NCBI GenBank assembly: GCA_002633005.1
Contig: NMRA01000181.1
Span: 694,734-758,733, forward strand
DNA from: Phoronis australis
Lineage: Eukaryota > Animalia > Phoronida
DNA: 64,000 nucleotides
Direction: 5' to 3'
Under the pieces are notes generated by a model that was not told the DNA's origin, searched no databases, and saw nothing but the letters and a program-made list of their open reading frames with translations. This document shows, in pieces, positions 1 to 25,558 of this stretch. Positions within the stretch are counted from its first letter, which is position 1; each line of letters starts with the position of its first letter. A program made the position numbers and the translations under genes.

Positions 1-756
1 TTTCGTAACTTTAGTTTATAATAACAATTATTAAAATGTTCGGAACAACAACAACAGTCTCTGAGTAAGTGAATTACTATACCCAACAATTACCTAACTT
101 AATTCTAAGTAATAACTAAGTATTGAAGAAAAAACAACACATCAACTGATCAGTTCTACTAATCATTGACAAAACACAACCAATAGACACTCAAGATTTA
201 AGTTGCCACTTTAAAAGCCAAGGCTTTAGTCAAGAAGACCAATTTTTGATTAAGACCATTTACCATTTGAAAATTGATCTCAACTTGTTTTTCACTCAGA
301 CAAGAAATGATTTGGGGGGACAACTGAAAGTTCGTTATGTCATGCCCAAGGTCACACCCAAGCTCATTCTCTGTTCATAAATTGACCAACTTATTAAAGC
401 TTGGTCTTGAGTGTCGCTTGATCACACCATGCTGCGCGTGTACAAGAGTTTTATGGAGAGATGTTTTCATTAACACGAATACAGGAAATAGTCAGATAGG
501 TGGGTCCCTGATTTGTAAGCCAGTTGCTCCAACTGAACAACAGGCATTATTCAGTGAGAGCAACTACAGGTTCTAAAATATCTTTTAAATCGAGAACCCA
601 CCTATCTATTACCAAAAAAACAGTGATTGTTTATGTTTCAGACGTTTGCCAATGACCAGATTTTTTCAAGTTTTCATATTTGTGTACATGTGTGCAGTTA
701 TGTTCTTTTACACATAAAATAAGGTAGTCCAGGTAAAATAGGAAAGTATAGAGTGG

Positions 757-971
757 ATGGGGCGGATCCAGGATTTTGAGGTGGGGGGGCAGGGCACAAT
801 ATTAGCCAGGATTTTTCCCATTAGACATTCACACCCCCAAAGTTGGCCGAACTGTCAAATGGAATCTGGTAGTTTTTTAGGGGGCATGACCCCCATGGCC
901 CCCCTCTGAATCCACCACTGGTTTCTACACATCATTTAGTTTATGTCCCCCTCCCCCTAAATCCGCCACTG
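757..971. mobile_element. Remnants of a CAGTGGCGGATC-type MITE family
   Basis: GGGGCGGATCCAGG left end; right ends ATCCACCACTG (920) and ATCCGCCACTG (971); related ends at 1838, 32459 and 53280. Confidence 0.5.
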
Positions 972-3299
972 CAGCATGCTACCACCTAGTCAGTAACCAT
1001 CCTCCACTACGTTTTAATTCACTCAACCATTTCGTCTATACGCATCAACCTACGCCTCACTGACCTGCTGACGCTAGTAACAGTAGTAACACTAAGTAAC
1101 AGGGCCAGAGATTGAGTGGCTGAGGCAGAATAGCTGGTTAAGTCGACATTGAAACGAGAAATTACAAAAACCTACAGCCGTCTGAAAGCCTGGTTTTATT
1201 GACAGACCAGTGCAATGTTTTCATGGTTTGATGCGTATAGTACAAAGCTGTAAGCCTTTCAACACAAAACCCCCAGAATTGCTAGTTGCATGCACCAAAA
1301 ATCGATACGAGGACAAATCGATCTTTTCACATGGGCGCTGCCATTTTGAAAGGGAGCACTTATTTTTCTGTTTTCCACAACTGTCAGAGGGATTCAGGCA
1401 ACTGAGCCGCCCGGACTCAATCAGTCCGTTATGTTCGTTATGTGGTTTACACGTATCCTCACTCAACTAAAAATTATTTCTGTGACAGCTATGAAAATAA
1501 GCCTATATAATAGTCTTTACAACGTCTGTACCTTGTATGTACGGTAAGAAACAATGGGCTATATATAAATTTTGTCTCCGATGATAACCGCCGCGGGGCC
1601 CCGTGCGCCTCAGCGGAATAGTCGAATTAAGGAGTACGCCTCATATATGTGGAATCAAACGCATGGTCCCTATACGCGAATCAGTGGCAGTGATGTGAAT
1701 AAAGGTATGTTCGAAAGTGATGTTCCACACCAATATAATAACATCCCAGGGCGCCTCGGCTGCCGTAGCAGTTTCAGTCATTGCCAGGGATTTCAGTTTT
1801 GTCCCCTTGGTCCCCCCCCCCCCTTAAATCCGCCACTGCAGCCCAATTATTTGTTTTTGAATATTCTCGGCTTGGTATCAGGCTGAAACAGGCTCATCTC
1901 GCCTATGTTGCACAACGAGACCAAGATTGCATGTATCCACAGCACTAGGCTGATCAAGGCACAAAGACAGCCTAGTACGGCCGCTTCAGTTCGATCGGAG
2001 CTGGCCCGCAGAATACGCCTACAAGTAAAAGTTAGGCATAAGCTATGCGCATAGGGGGCCTATGCAAAACACATGAGCCAGCGGCGGACAATTTTGCTTG
2101 AAACTGTATTATTTCAGATATATACACGCGCATACGGTAGGCCTATCAGTAACGGGAAAGGGGAAGAACTAGTCATCCCTTGAACCCAAAATTGCTCACC
2201 CCAGGCAGGCCGCAACTGTCTCCCGCTGCGGCCACATTCAGTGAGTTGGGCATCTTCTGTGAACTTGTAGTGCCGGTTTGTAACGTCGCTATAACCAAGA
2301 TTTGTCACAAAAATCAATCTGGACCACTAGAAAAACTTAGGAAGAAAATCAAAATGACAGCTGTCCAAGTTGGCCAACACTTTCCAGAAGTATCCACCGG
2401 GTCGCACTTCATTGCCGGGCAATGAAGACGGTCTTTCGATTGTATAAAAGACAGCTGACTTTACATTGAATAGAGTGCAATCAAAATCATATCTTATTCT
2501 CTGTAGTAGATTACNAGAAATTACTTTGAAACGTCGAACTTTATTATCGCGGGTCGCTGGCGGGGCCGCCCGCGGCGCCTCGGGGCATCTAGGGCGATCG
2601 CGCCGGCGGTGCAAGCCTAGCTATGGCAGTGTTTTAACATGATAATCCATATTTTTGGTGCTGTTTTACAATTTGATATTTATTCTTAAAATTATTGTAT
2701 ACTTTACGTTAACTCATAGAGTACGGACATATTTTTTCACTTTTGGCTTTCTTGTTTGTTGATGAGTAGTGAGCCGAGAAAGCTGACCATGAAAAATATT
2801 TGTGATAGCTGGATTCATTCTATTTGAAAAAAAAAGAAATTAATTTTATCATCTATGCATGAAGTCCTATTTCAGAAAATAAATAACGGAACGCAAGGCC
2901 CAAAAAGTGGTTCAGTATGGTGACATTTTAATTTACAGATTTTTTCCTTTCTGATTTGTTGGCTTTACTGACGATTAGTTATAGACTGACTATTCGTGCA
3001 TCTAGCACAGCACTGAAAAAATTGGGGGCTCATATAGCCCCCCCCCCCCCCNTGGTAGATGCATGTGGGCTACCCCCGCCACTAACAGTGCTACATGAGC
3101 TGCCCATGGTCTATGGACAGTGTACCACAGGGGGCTGGGGGGGCCATACCCCCCCCCTTCCCCCACTTTTTCAGTGCTGCGCCGCCCATGTGTTTTTAAT
3201 TCACGAGTTTGAATAACACAGCAATGTTTGTTCCCGCGGCGTTGACTCCTGCGCGGATAGACTCACGGAGCTATTGAAATGTAAAAGAACGCTCCCTTT

Positions 3300-3454
3300 T
3301 TGAATGAGTGCGCATGTCCAATGTGAGTCATTGAGAATTGTGGGTAATTTTTCAACGTGTAGAAATAAATCAGTCGAAATTTTGACACAAAGTAGTAGTT
3401 TTCAAAGGAATTACCAATTCTGATCTTAAAATTGTCGTGCAGCGAAACTTGATT
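3300..3454 (+). promoter_or_regulatory. Probable LIS1 promoter and non-coding first exon
   Basis: CpG-rich stretch, NRF1-like TGCGCATG (3309-3316), ZNF143/Staf-like GAATTGTGGGTAA (~3335-3347), donor GTGAGT at 3455; would splice to the acceptor at 6152. Confidence 0.45.
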
Positions 3455-3696
3455 GTGAGTATGATGACCTAAATTATGCTATTTTTCTGTTGTTGACTGC
3501 ATTCAGGCTCTTGTGGTACATCCCGATTGCTTTTAGAAATACGCCTAATCCGCCATATTTGCTTGGCACACAGTTTCCCGAGTCCAAGCTGTTGTCTGTT
3601 GCATAGGATAAATTGTTTTGGGCCTTGCATTTGAATTAGTGAATGGTATGATGGTTTATTTATTTTCACATTCAAATCGATAAACCAATTACATGC

Positions 3697-5087
3697 CTTG
3701 CAATGCAACATAACTCAACTGCTATTTGTTGGAGGTCAGACAGACTGGATAGACGAGACATCTGATTATCATATTTTTTCACATCCGATCGTGTGATGGA
3801 ATTCATAATTTCGCCAGAAAAAGCTAATTGTTATTCGAGTCTTTTGAGGCAGTAGATCCTTTTGGTAGTTCTTGGTTTAAAAGGCCAGTGAATTGGATAT
3901 TGAAATACATTCATCATATTAAATTCAGACTGTTGAAACCGGTTCTCAAGTGAGTAACCATCTAAAGTCCTAAAGGGGTATAGTATTTGAACTCGTTTTT
4001 TGTTTTCTTTTGAATGGAAAATACGCTGCCTGTTTTCTGTGACATACCATTCATATTTTCAAGCAACCCAGACTATTCTAGTCCACTGAGCCTGAGTGAA
4101 GAGAATTTTTTGTGAAATGAATGAATTCCTCAGAATTTCAAATGTAACATATCATTACTCACTGTTGGTGTTAATTTAACTTGCAGAAAGATTTTCAGGC
4201 TCTAATATACTGACAATAGCTAGATGATTTTATTACTATGACAGTATTGGGACCTCACATTTTCACTCTGGATTTACAATAAACAGTCTCTCAGCCATTA
4301 GCTTAGTTCTTTGGCCATGTTATTAAGCATTCCATGTTGGGCATTTGTTAACACATTTGCAGCATTCAATGATTCGTGGTCATGAGGTTAANCTTGCAAT
4401 GCAACATAACTCAACTGCTATTTGTTGGAGGTCAGACAGACTGGATAGACGAGACATCTGATTATCATATTTTTTCACATCCGATCGTGTGATGGAATTC
4501 ATAATTTCGCCAGAAAAAGCTAATTGTTATTCGAGTCTTTTGAGGCAGTAGATCCTTTTGGTAGTTCTTGGTTTAAAAGGCCAGTGAATTGGATATTGAA
4601 ATACATTCATCATATTAAATTCAGACTGTTGAAACCGGTTCTCAAGTGAGTAACCATCTAAAGTCCTAAAGGGGTATAGTATTTGAACTCGTTTTTTGTT
4701 TTCTTTTGAATGGAAAATACGCTGCCTGTTTTCTGTGACATACCATTCATATTTTCAAGCAACCCAGACTATTCTAGTCCACTGAGCCTGAGTGAAGAGA
4801 ATTTTTTGGGAAATGAATGAATTCCTCAGAATTTCAAATGCAACATATCATTACTCACTGTTGGTGTTAATTTAACTTGCAGAAAGATTTTCAGGCTCTA
4901 ATATACTGACAATAGCTAGATGATTTTATTACTATGACAGTATTGGGACCTCACATTTTCACTCTGCATTTACAATAAACAGTCTCTCAGCCATTAGCTT
5001 AGTTCTTTGGCCATGTTATTAAGCATTCCATGTTGGGCAGTTGTTAACACATTTGCAGCATTCAGTGATTCGTGGTCATGAGGTTAA
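3697..5087. repeat. Direct duplicate across a single N (3697-4391 / 4393-5087), probable unmerged haplotypes
   Basis: Near-identical copies abut N at 4392, with a few SNPs. Confidence 0.85.
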
Positions 5088-6274
5088 CCTCAAACGTGAA
5101 ACTTTGCCCCTGTGCATGGTAACATTAAGCCAGGGGCTACTGTTATGACACCAACAGCTGAGACTGAGGAGCCTTATTAGCTAAATGTTTGGCACATTAT
5201 CCTTTAGAACTACATATTGGCCTTAATGTCATTATTGTGTCGCCCTAATATTGAGGTGTTGTGGCAATGCTTTACAGCTGAGAAATCATTGGCAGGGGAA
5301 CTTTTTGTCAATTAACAATGTTCTTTTCATGTGAATCTCATCAAAATAGAACTGTCCTGGCTTAATCATTGCTATTCTCCTTTGCCTTGGAAGTAAGAAA
5401 GTGTTTTGTTTTCATTGTCTTCATTTTGGAATGTAAGGCACATGTTCACAGGTCATTTCGGAAACCGTCAAGGTGTATGGCCTTGGAAATATTCCTAAAT
5501 CCACCTGTAAGTACTGGAATTGAAAAGATATCTTCAAGAAAAGGAGTTCTGTTTCCAAGGCTCAAGTTTAACTCAACGAACTTGCTTTATCCAATCACTC
5601 CGCTTGTTTTGTCTCTGATTAATGTCGGGGGAAGCGAAGTTCTAACTTAACATCACGCATCCTCTGATATTTGTCAAGTTTGTCCAACTATCTCCCATCA
5701 AAGTTGCGGCTCACAGCACAGCAGTAATATTTCATTGGCGATGGAGGAACAAATAGAGTAATGCGGCCGAAAAAACTTGTGATGAATAAGACAGCAGCAG
5801 AGAACATTTGGAACTCCAGTTGCGCGAAATGAGGCTACAAAAGTGTGTGACGGATATTGTGGCATTGTGGGTAAATACAGCGAGATTCGAGTTTCGCTGT
5901 GTAATATGGGATGGCCTTATTGTCTAGTTGTATTTGAACATGTCACATCCATTCGAAAACACCAATGTGTTCATAAGCTGACAGCATCATTTATGAACAA
6001 AATTAGGTTTCAATGCTGGTAGCATTTTAATGGAGCTTTACAGTAACAAAGTGCATGTTTGTAGGGTTACTGCAGTGGATGTCATTCCTCAGGATCTTGT
6101 CCTGGTACCAAATTCCATGTCATGTCAGTCTGTAATGGATTTCTTTCTACAGGATCTTGCCCTGGTACCAAAGCATGTGTATGGTGGATAGTTCACGCAA
6201 GGCCTGGATTAAACTCCCGAGTTTATAGCCAATTGCTGCTGTAGTTGTTGGACTGACTGTCTATGAATTTCAAG

Positions 6275-19350
<13,076 letters not shown>

Positions 19351-22300
19351 TCGCAGTAGATATTAGAGGCAATTAATATATTATTGATAATTATTTAAAC
19401 AATCTGTTGTAAAGCTACGGTGCCAACGCCCGCTTGTAGCACTGCCATACGATATACAATGATGAAAGTTGGAGTGGAGACTCTGCTGTTCTCAACTGTG
19501 GATTCTTGAGTCAGAGAGTTAAGTTGTCTCCCTTGATGTTGGGTATTATCATTTGGCTATGGCCTGATGGTGGTTGGTTGGTCATGTTGTTGACCAGCTC
19601 TTCATGGTGTGAGTGATAGGGCACGATCCTGTGGTCTGTTGCAATATCAGGTAGCAATGACTGCATTACATTGACATTTGCTCAGTAGTATAACTAATAT
19701 CTGTGTTGTGGGCTAAACTTGTATCCATAAGCGTCGGTTTGATATTGGTTCAATGAAAGTGCTGTGAGTCTTGTCCACTTTGATCGTAACAAACGGGCAG
19801 AAATTGGCTATTGCCACTGGGTGGTTGGAAGTGATCAGTGGTTGTACGTGTATGTGAGGTGTCACGGGGATCTCTGCATTGTTCTGGAGGGTCTGCACGT
19901 TACATTTTACCCACCCGTTGTAGTATTACATGTGTGTATGACTTGGGCTTCTAAGTTGTAGTTTGTCTCGTGAGGAGAAGGCAATGTTTGTGAACTGCAT
20001 CTCAGTTATGAATGGATGTTTGTGCTTGTCAGCATTGGAATTTGTAAGGTTTTGGTCCTCAGTGTACTCCATCACCAGCTGTCCCGATAGTTAGAGGATA
20101 GTATTTTGTGAAATGAATTCTTGGAACTTTTGGTCAAACAAAGTTTTATTGCTTTTCAAATTTCTTTGTGGTGTCAATTTTAAACTGTTGAGTAGCTTCA
20201 TGTCTTTTGTAATGAACATAGATCAAACATTTCTGTGGTCACATGTCGAGAACCTTTAATGGTGATAAGCCAACTCTTGAGCTGACTAGTCCAATTTGAG
20301 CAGACTCTGAGAAGGTGGCACCAAATTAAACAGGACAGGATGTGTGTGTGGAAGTACTGTACGTTTGTCATAATGATTTGCACAAAGAACACACAGGAGT
20401 ACTAGAGATTCATTGGCATTATTTGTGAATCTTGACAGAATAGCGAACAGAATTTGCATAAGTATTCTCTCCCTGTTTGCGTTGAAGACGGAGTTGTCTG
20501 GTCTGAGAATCATAGGCATATCAGGAGGGTTGCAGAGGTCATTCGCTCCCAGATTCGAAATGTGGCAAAATTTGTGCACAACAAGGCGAAATTTGAGCAG
20601 TGGAATCGACGAAACACTTGAGAAAGATATAGAACAAAATGAAGGTGTGATATTGTTGGGGGCGTTTCCTATGCCTACATTCGGACAAATCGATGTCATA
20701 TGCCCTCTTAACACCCATGTCCAGGTATGCCTATGCTGAGAAACTGTGATTAACTGTTTATGAATCATGTAGTGACAACTTGTTGTTACGTCTATTATAC
20801 CAGTGCTTCATCAGACTCGTGGCTTAAGCCTGTAGGATGCTGTATTTAATTGTTATTATTTAACTGGCATAAGCCCTGTTCGTGTAGTGCTAAGTGTTTC
20901 GCTGTCCTAACCTGGCACTGCTGGTGAATATTGTATATAGCTGTGTTAATGTCTAGTATGCTAATGAACTTAAGAGAGGTAGTTCGTGACCTCTCCACAC
21001 ACTTTTGGACGGAGATGCGCCACTCGACATTTGTGCATTCAACTTTTGGAGAGAAGAGACGTCCCTTAACTTATCGTTGTATGGCTGCTTTTCATGTGTA
21101 GTTTTAGGCTCACAGAGTGACCCCATTTAGTGACACAGTGAAAGGAACTAATCTTCAGTGTCAAATTGACTTTTATGTGAGGTTTGATCTTCCTGAATGA
21201 TAATTTGCTCCATAGGCAGTTGGGTGAAGCTTCTAATTGAGTAAGAAATAGGAAATATGTATGCATTGCTATATCTTTCAGGATCACGTATCTGGTTATA
21301 TCAGGATTAAAAACTGTCTCTGTGTTGTATTGGCGAGTTGGGGTCGGGTTTATTTAGCATGAAACGATTTACTGGCCAGTTCGGAAGTTAAACTTCCTCT
21401 CCCGTGGGGGACCTGAACATCTGTCCAAGTTGTTCTATTTTGATTTGTCGGAGTATCATTTCTAAGAAAAATAAATATCCCTATTTTGCCTGAACCCGCT
21501 GTTGACATGAATATAGTTGTGTCCATCAGTTGGAATATATACAGTTATGTACCACTTACCGTGCTTGGTGACCCCTGCCCAAGGTATTAGATCGTCAGAG
21601 TAATATGAATGATAATCACTGTTAACCCGGGCGTCCCCGTTTTCCTCAGTAACGCTGTGTGTGTGTAAATATTATACATATTATCAAGTCCTTAGTTTAT
21701 TTAAGTAACGGCTACTTCGTAGGCTTGTCGTATGTACATTTCAGTGTAAATATTTTGTTCTAATTGTATCTAGCCTAATCAGTTGTCTAATGACGCCAAG
21801 TGCACCCTTTGAACTGAAGCTGTGATCACAGATGCTTGTAACCATGACAACACTAGTGGAATAGGTTGAACGTTTACAAAAGGTGCAAATCCTGATGTAT
21901 ACCAGGTATGCAAATAAACGACTTGAAATTACCAAGAATGTGTAAAAACTAGAGATTTAATATTCTAGTGTGTGAAAATGTCTAAGGTTTGGCTATTTCA
22001 CATGAACTCATGAAAATCATCGTTTTTGTACACCATTTTTCTGGTATCCATCTTCAGTAGCAAAGTTTTCGTGTTTTAGGTTAAAATAAAAGTATCAATT
22101 TTGGTCAGTATCAGAAATGTTAAATTGTGAAGACCATTCTTTTCTACACAAAAATACTTGTTGCGGGGGCATATCATCAGACGTGTTCTTGTGATTTCTT
22201 CTCTGGGACAAAGGATGCACTTGATATCGGCTGTGAAAAGACTTTCAATTCTCAATATGTTAATAAATGTTAATNTTGATTTGTCGGAGTATCATTTCTA

Positions 22301-23115
22301 AGAAAAATAAATATCCCTATTTTGCCTGAACCCCCTGTTGACATGAATATAGTTGTGTCCATCAGTTGGAATATATACAGTTATGTACCACTTACCGTGC
22401 TTGGTGACCCCTGCCCAAGGTATTAGATCGTCAGAGTAATATGAATGATAATCACTGTTAACCCGGGCGTCCCCGTTTTCCTCAGTAACGCTGTGTGTGT
22501 GTAAATATTATACATATTATCAAGTCCTTAGTTTATTTAAGTAACGGCTACTTCGTAGGCTTGTCGTATGTACATTTCAGTGTAAATATTTTGTTCTAAT
22601 TGTATCTAGCCTAATCAGTTGTCTAATGACGCCAAGTGCACCCTTTGAACTGAAGCTGTGATCACAGATGCTTGTAACCATGACAACACTAGTGGAATAG
22701 GTTGAACGTTTACAAAAGGTGCAAATTCTGATGTATACCAGGTATGCAAATAAACGACTCGAAATTACCAAGAATGTGTAAAAACTAGAGATTTAAGATT
22801 CTAGTGTGTGAAAATGTCTAAGGTTTGGCTATTTCACATGAACTCGTGAAAATCATCGTTTTTGTACACCATTTTTCTGGTATCCATCTTCAGTAGCAAA
22901 GTTTTCGTGTTTTAGGTTAAAATAAAAGTATCAATTTTGGTCAGTATCAGAAATGTTAAATTGTGAAGACCATACTTTTCTACACAAAAATACTTGTTGC
23001 GGGGGCATATCATCAGACGTGTTCTTGTGATTTCTTCTCTGGAACAAAGGATGCACTTGATATCGGCTGTGAAAAGACTTTCAATTCTCAATATGTTAAT
23101 AAATGTTAATGCATG
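19351..23115 (+). other. Probable long LIS1 3' UTR (includes an 835-nt allelic duplicate)
   Basis: GT/T-rich, no recognisable exon. AATAAA at ~21470, ~21913, ~22085 and ~22262/23098; the last is followed by a GT-rich tract. Confidence 0.45.
21440..23110. repeat. Direct duplicate across a single N (21440-22274 / 22276-23110), probable unmerged haplotypes
   Basis: Copies abut N at 22275. Confidence 0.85.
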
Positions 23116-23771
23116 AACCTCCTAGTGTCCATCACTGTTTCTACTCTTCACTCAGTTTGTGCCGTGATCACAGGGTGATACATGTTTCTCTACCGTATTA
23201 CGGTGTGTTAGTATCTTGAAAGATACTCTGTGCACTCGGCTTTAGTTTCTTCAAAACCGCCAAAGAGAAGCGAGCTTTTGTGTTAAACCGAAGCACTCGC
23301 TGCAGCAAATTGCACCCGAGCCATTTTTCTCGCGATAAGAGGTATACGGAATGGTGTTTTGAACTAAGGAGTAATTAGTGAAATTTTTCGCGGTTGTTAA
23401 TCCTTTTGGACTGCTGATAGTAATCGGTACATTTTAATTTCGGAGCCCATGAAAAAAACGGTATTTCACGCCAACATCCTTCTAGGCTCCTATACAAGGC
23501 ATCGAGTAAAATTTCGAGAAAATGAGGCCTGATGCTTTTCAGCAAGAAAAATTATCACACCGAGTTGCATCTTTCTAGTTGTTTTTTTTTTTGATCAATT
23601 AAAGGTGCATTGCTCCATATCGCGACATGTCACACCGCCCACCTGTCACCTCGTGAAACTTCGTTGAGCCAACACTGAGTAGGGCAAATGGTAGGAGGGC
23701 GCGTTCATTCAAATAATCATGTTCATGTTGATAAAAATTTGCACTGCATTAAGTCAAATTACATGTTTTAG

Positions 23772-23958
23772 CGAACGAGCCCCCCATTTGGAGAAGTGGG
23801 CAAAAAGTTCCACGTGTGAGAAACAAAAAGTCCACTAAACAAGCACAAACGCGCAATTCACAGTGGTGCGCCCTTGTTTTTTTTTGTTTTTCTTTCGCCG
23901 GCTATTTTGTTACCAACGTTAGGAATTCGAGCCCCTCATGTTGAAGGCTGGGTGCGCA
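23772..23958 (+). mobile_element. Truncated copy of the CATGCGCGCACCCAG MITE family
   Basis: Shares CGAACGAG.CCCCCATTTGG.GAAGTGGGCAAAAAG and GAATTCGAGCCCC..ATGTTGAAGGCTGGGTGCGC with 45651-45890. Confidence 0.75.
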
Positions 23959-24518
23959 ATAAAAAAATTACACTGAACAAAAAATTTCACCTGATTGCTC
24001 AAATGAATATTCAATTCCAAGTTAAAGCATACGCGATCTTGAGATTAAGCAGGATTACAAGAGTTAGCGCATAGCAAACCAGCTCAAACAGGGTTTCTGT
24101 TTACCAATGGACGCTAGGTGTCGTTGAGCGTACAGGTACATCAAGAACTTGAATTGGGCGATGCCATTGTTGCGGCAAGGTAATAAGGTTGTAGCGCCTC
24201 AAATGGCTGTGGCTTGAAAATGCCACATTGAATGAACCCAAAGCTAGATATACAAAGGTTGGACTTGAATAGTCAACTCGCTTGTGATACTCCGACGTAC
24301 TGACTACTGACCCCGCCATTGTATTGTTGTATGAGAATGGACTCGTCCAATTAAGATAAGGTATACTGTACCTGCGCATAGAATCGATTTTTATTGATAG
24401 TAAACAGTCGACAAAATGGCGACCGTATTTTATAGGTAGTACAAGGAAGACTGGTTACTCAGGAATATTTTCCAGATCCCTGCTGGTCAGGTGATAATGA
24501 AACGTTGATCTAAGCACC

Positions 24519-24593
24519 ATGGGTTATTTTAATTTTCTGAAACACGTCCATGTAATCGGTATTCTCGCTGTTCTTCACCTGATTACTACAAAG
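24519..24593 (+). CDS. TPM/MOLO1-like gene exon 1, allelic duplicate copy
   Basis: Same exon (I instead of F at codon 15) in block 23894-24845, which is repeated at 24847-25810 across N 24846. Confidence 0.55.
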
Positions 24594-25483
24594 GTGAGTG
24601 CAAAGAGAATTAAACTCCCCGCCAGTGTTTTGTCCTGGGATAGGACTGAGGTCTGTCATTGTTTCCTTTGTGTTCGGGGTTTTGTTGCTTTGTTTTACTC
24701 GGACTTCTTGTCTTGGTCATTAGAAATATTATATCACTCAATTTCTGTTATATTTTATCAAATCATACCACACTTTATAACACGTGATGGGGGCTCTGTT
24801 CTAGCAAGCAACTGTTCTGGAGGGGGACCTATCCCTAGGGACAACNTTCGCCGGCCATTTTGTTACCAACGTTAGGAATTAGAGCCCCCCCCATGTTGAA
24901 GGCTGGGTGCGCAATAAAAAATTACATTGAACAAAAAATTTCACCTGATTGCTCAAATGAATATTCAATTCCAAGTTATAACATACGCGATCTTGAGATT
25001 AAGCAGGATTACAAGAGTTACCGCACAGCAAACCAACTTAAACAGGGTTTCTGTTTACCAACGGACGCTAGGTGTCGTTGGGCGTACAGGTACATCAAGA
25101 ACTTGAGTTGGGCGATGCCATTGTTGCGGCAAGGTAATAAGGTTGTAGCGCCTCAAATGGCTGTGGCTTGAAAATGTTAGGTATATGCCACATTGAATGA
25201 ACCCAAAGCTAGATATACAAAGGTTGGACTTGAATAGTCAACTCGCTTGTGATAGTTCGACGTACTGACTACTGACCCCGCCATTGTATTGTTGTATGAA
25301 AATGGACTCGTCCAATTAAGATAAGGTATACTGTACCTGCGCATAGAATCGATTTTTATTGATAGTAAACAGTCGACAAAATGGCGACCGTATTTTATAG
25401 GTAGTACAAGGAAGACTTGTTACTCAGGAATATCTTCCAAATCCCTGCTGGTCAGGTGATGATGAAACGTTGATCTAAGCACC

Positions 25484-25558
25484 ATGGGTTATTTTAATTT
25501 TCTGAAACACGTCCATGTAATCGGTTTTCTCGCTGTTCTTCACCTGATTACTACAAAG
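25484..25558 (+). CDS. TPM/MOLO1-like gene exon 1 (signal peptide)
   Basis: accATGg, MGYFNFLKHVHVIGFLAVLHLITTK, donor GTGAGT. Confidence 0.75.

Noticed and set aside
20286-20768. Longest ORF in the track (160 aa, minus) and the overlapping 108-aa plus ORF
   Set aside because: No recognisable motif or exon partners; they lie in the likely LIS1 3' UTR. Not excluded without a homology search
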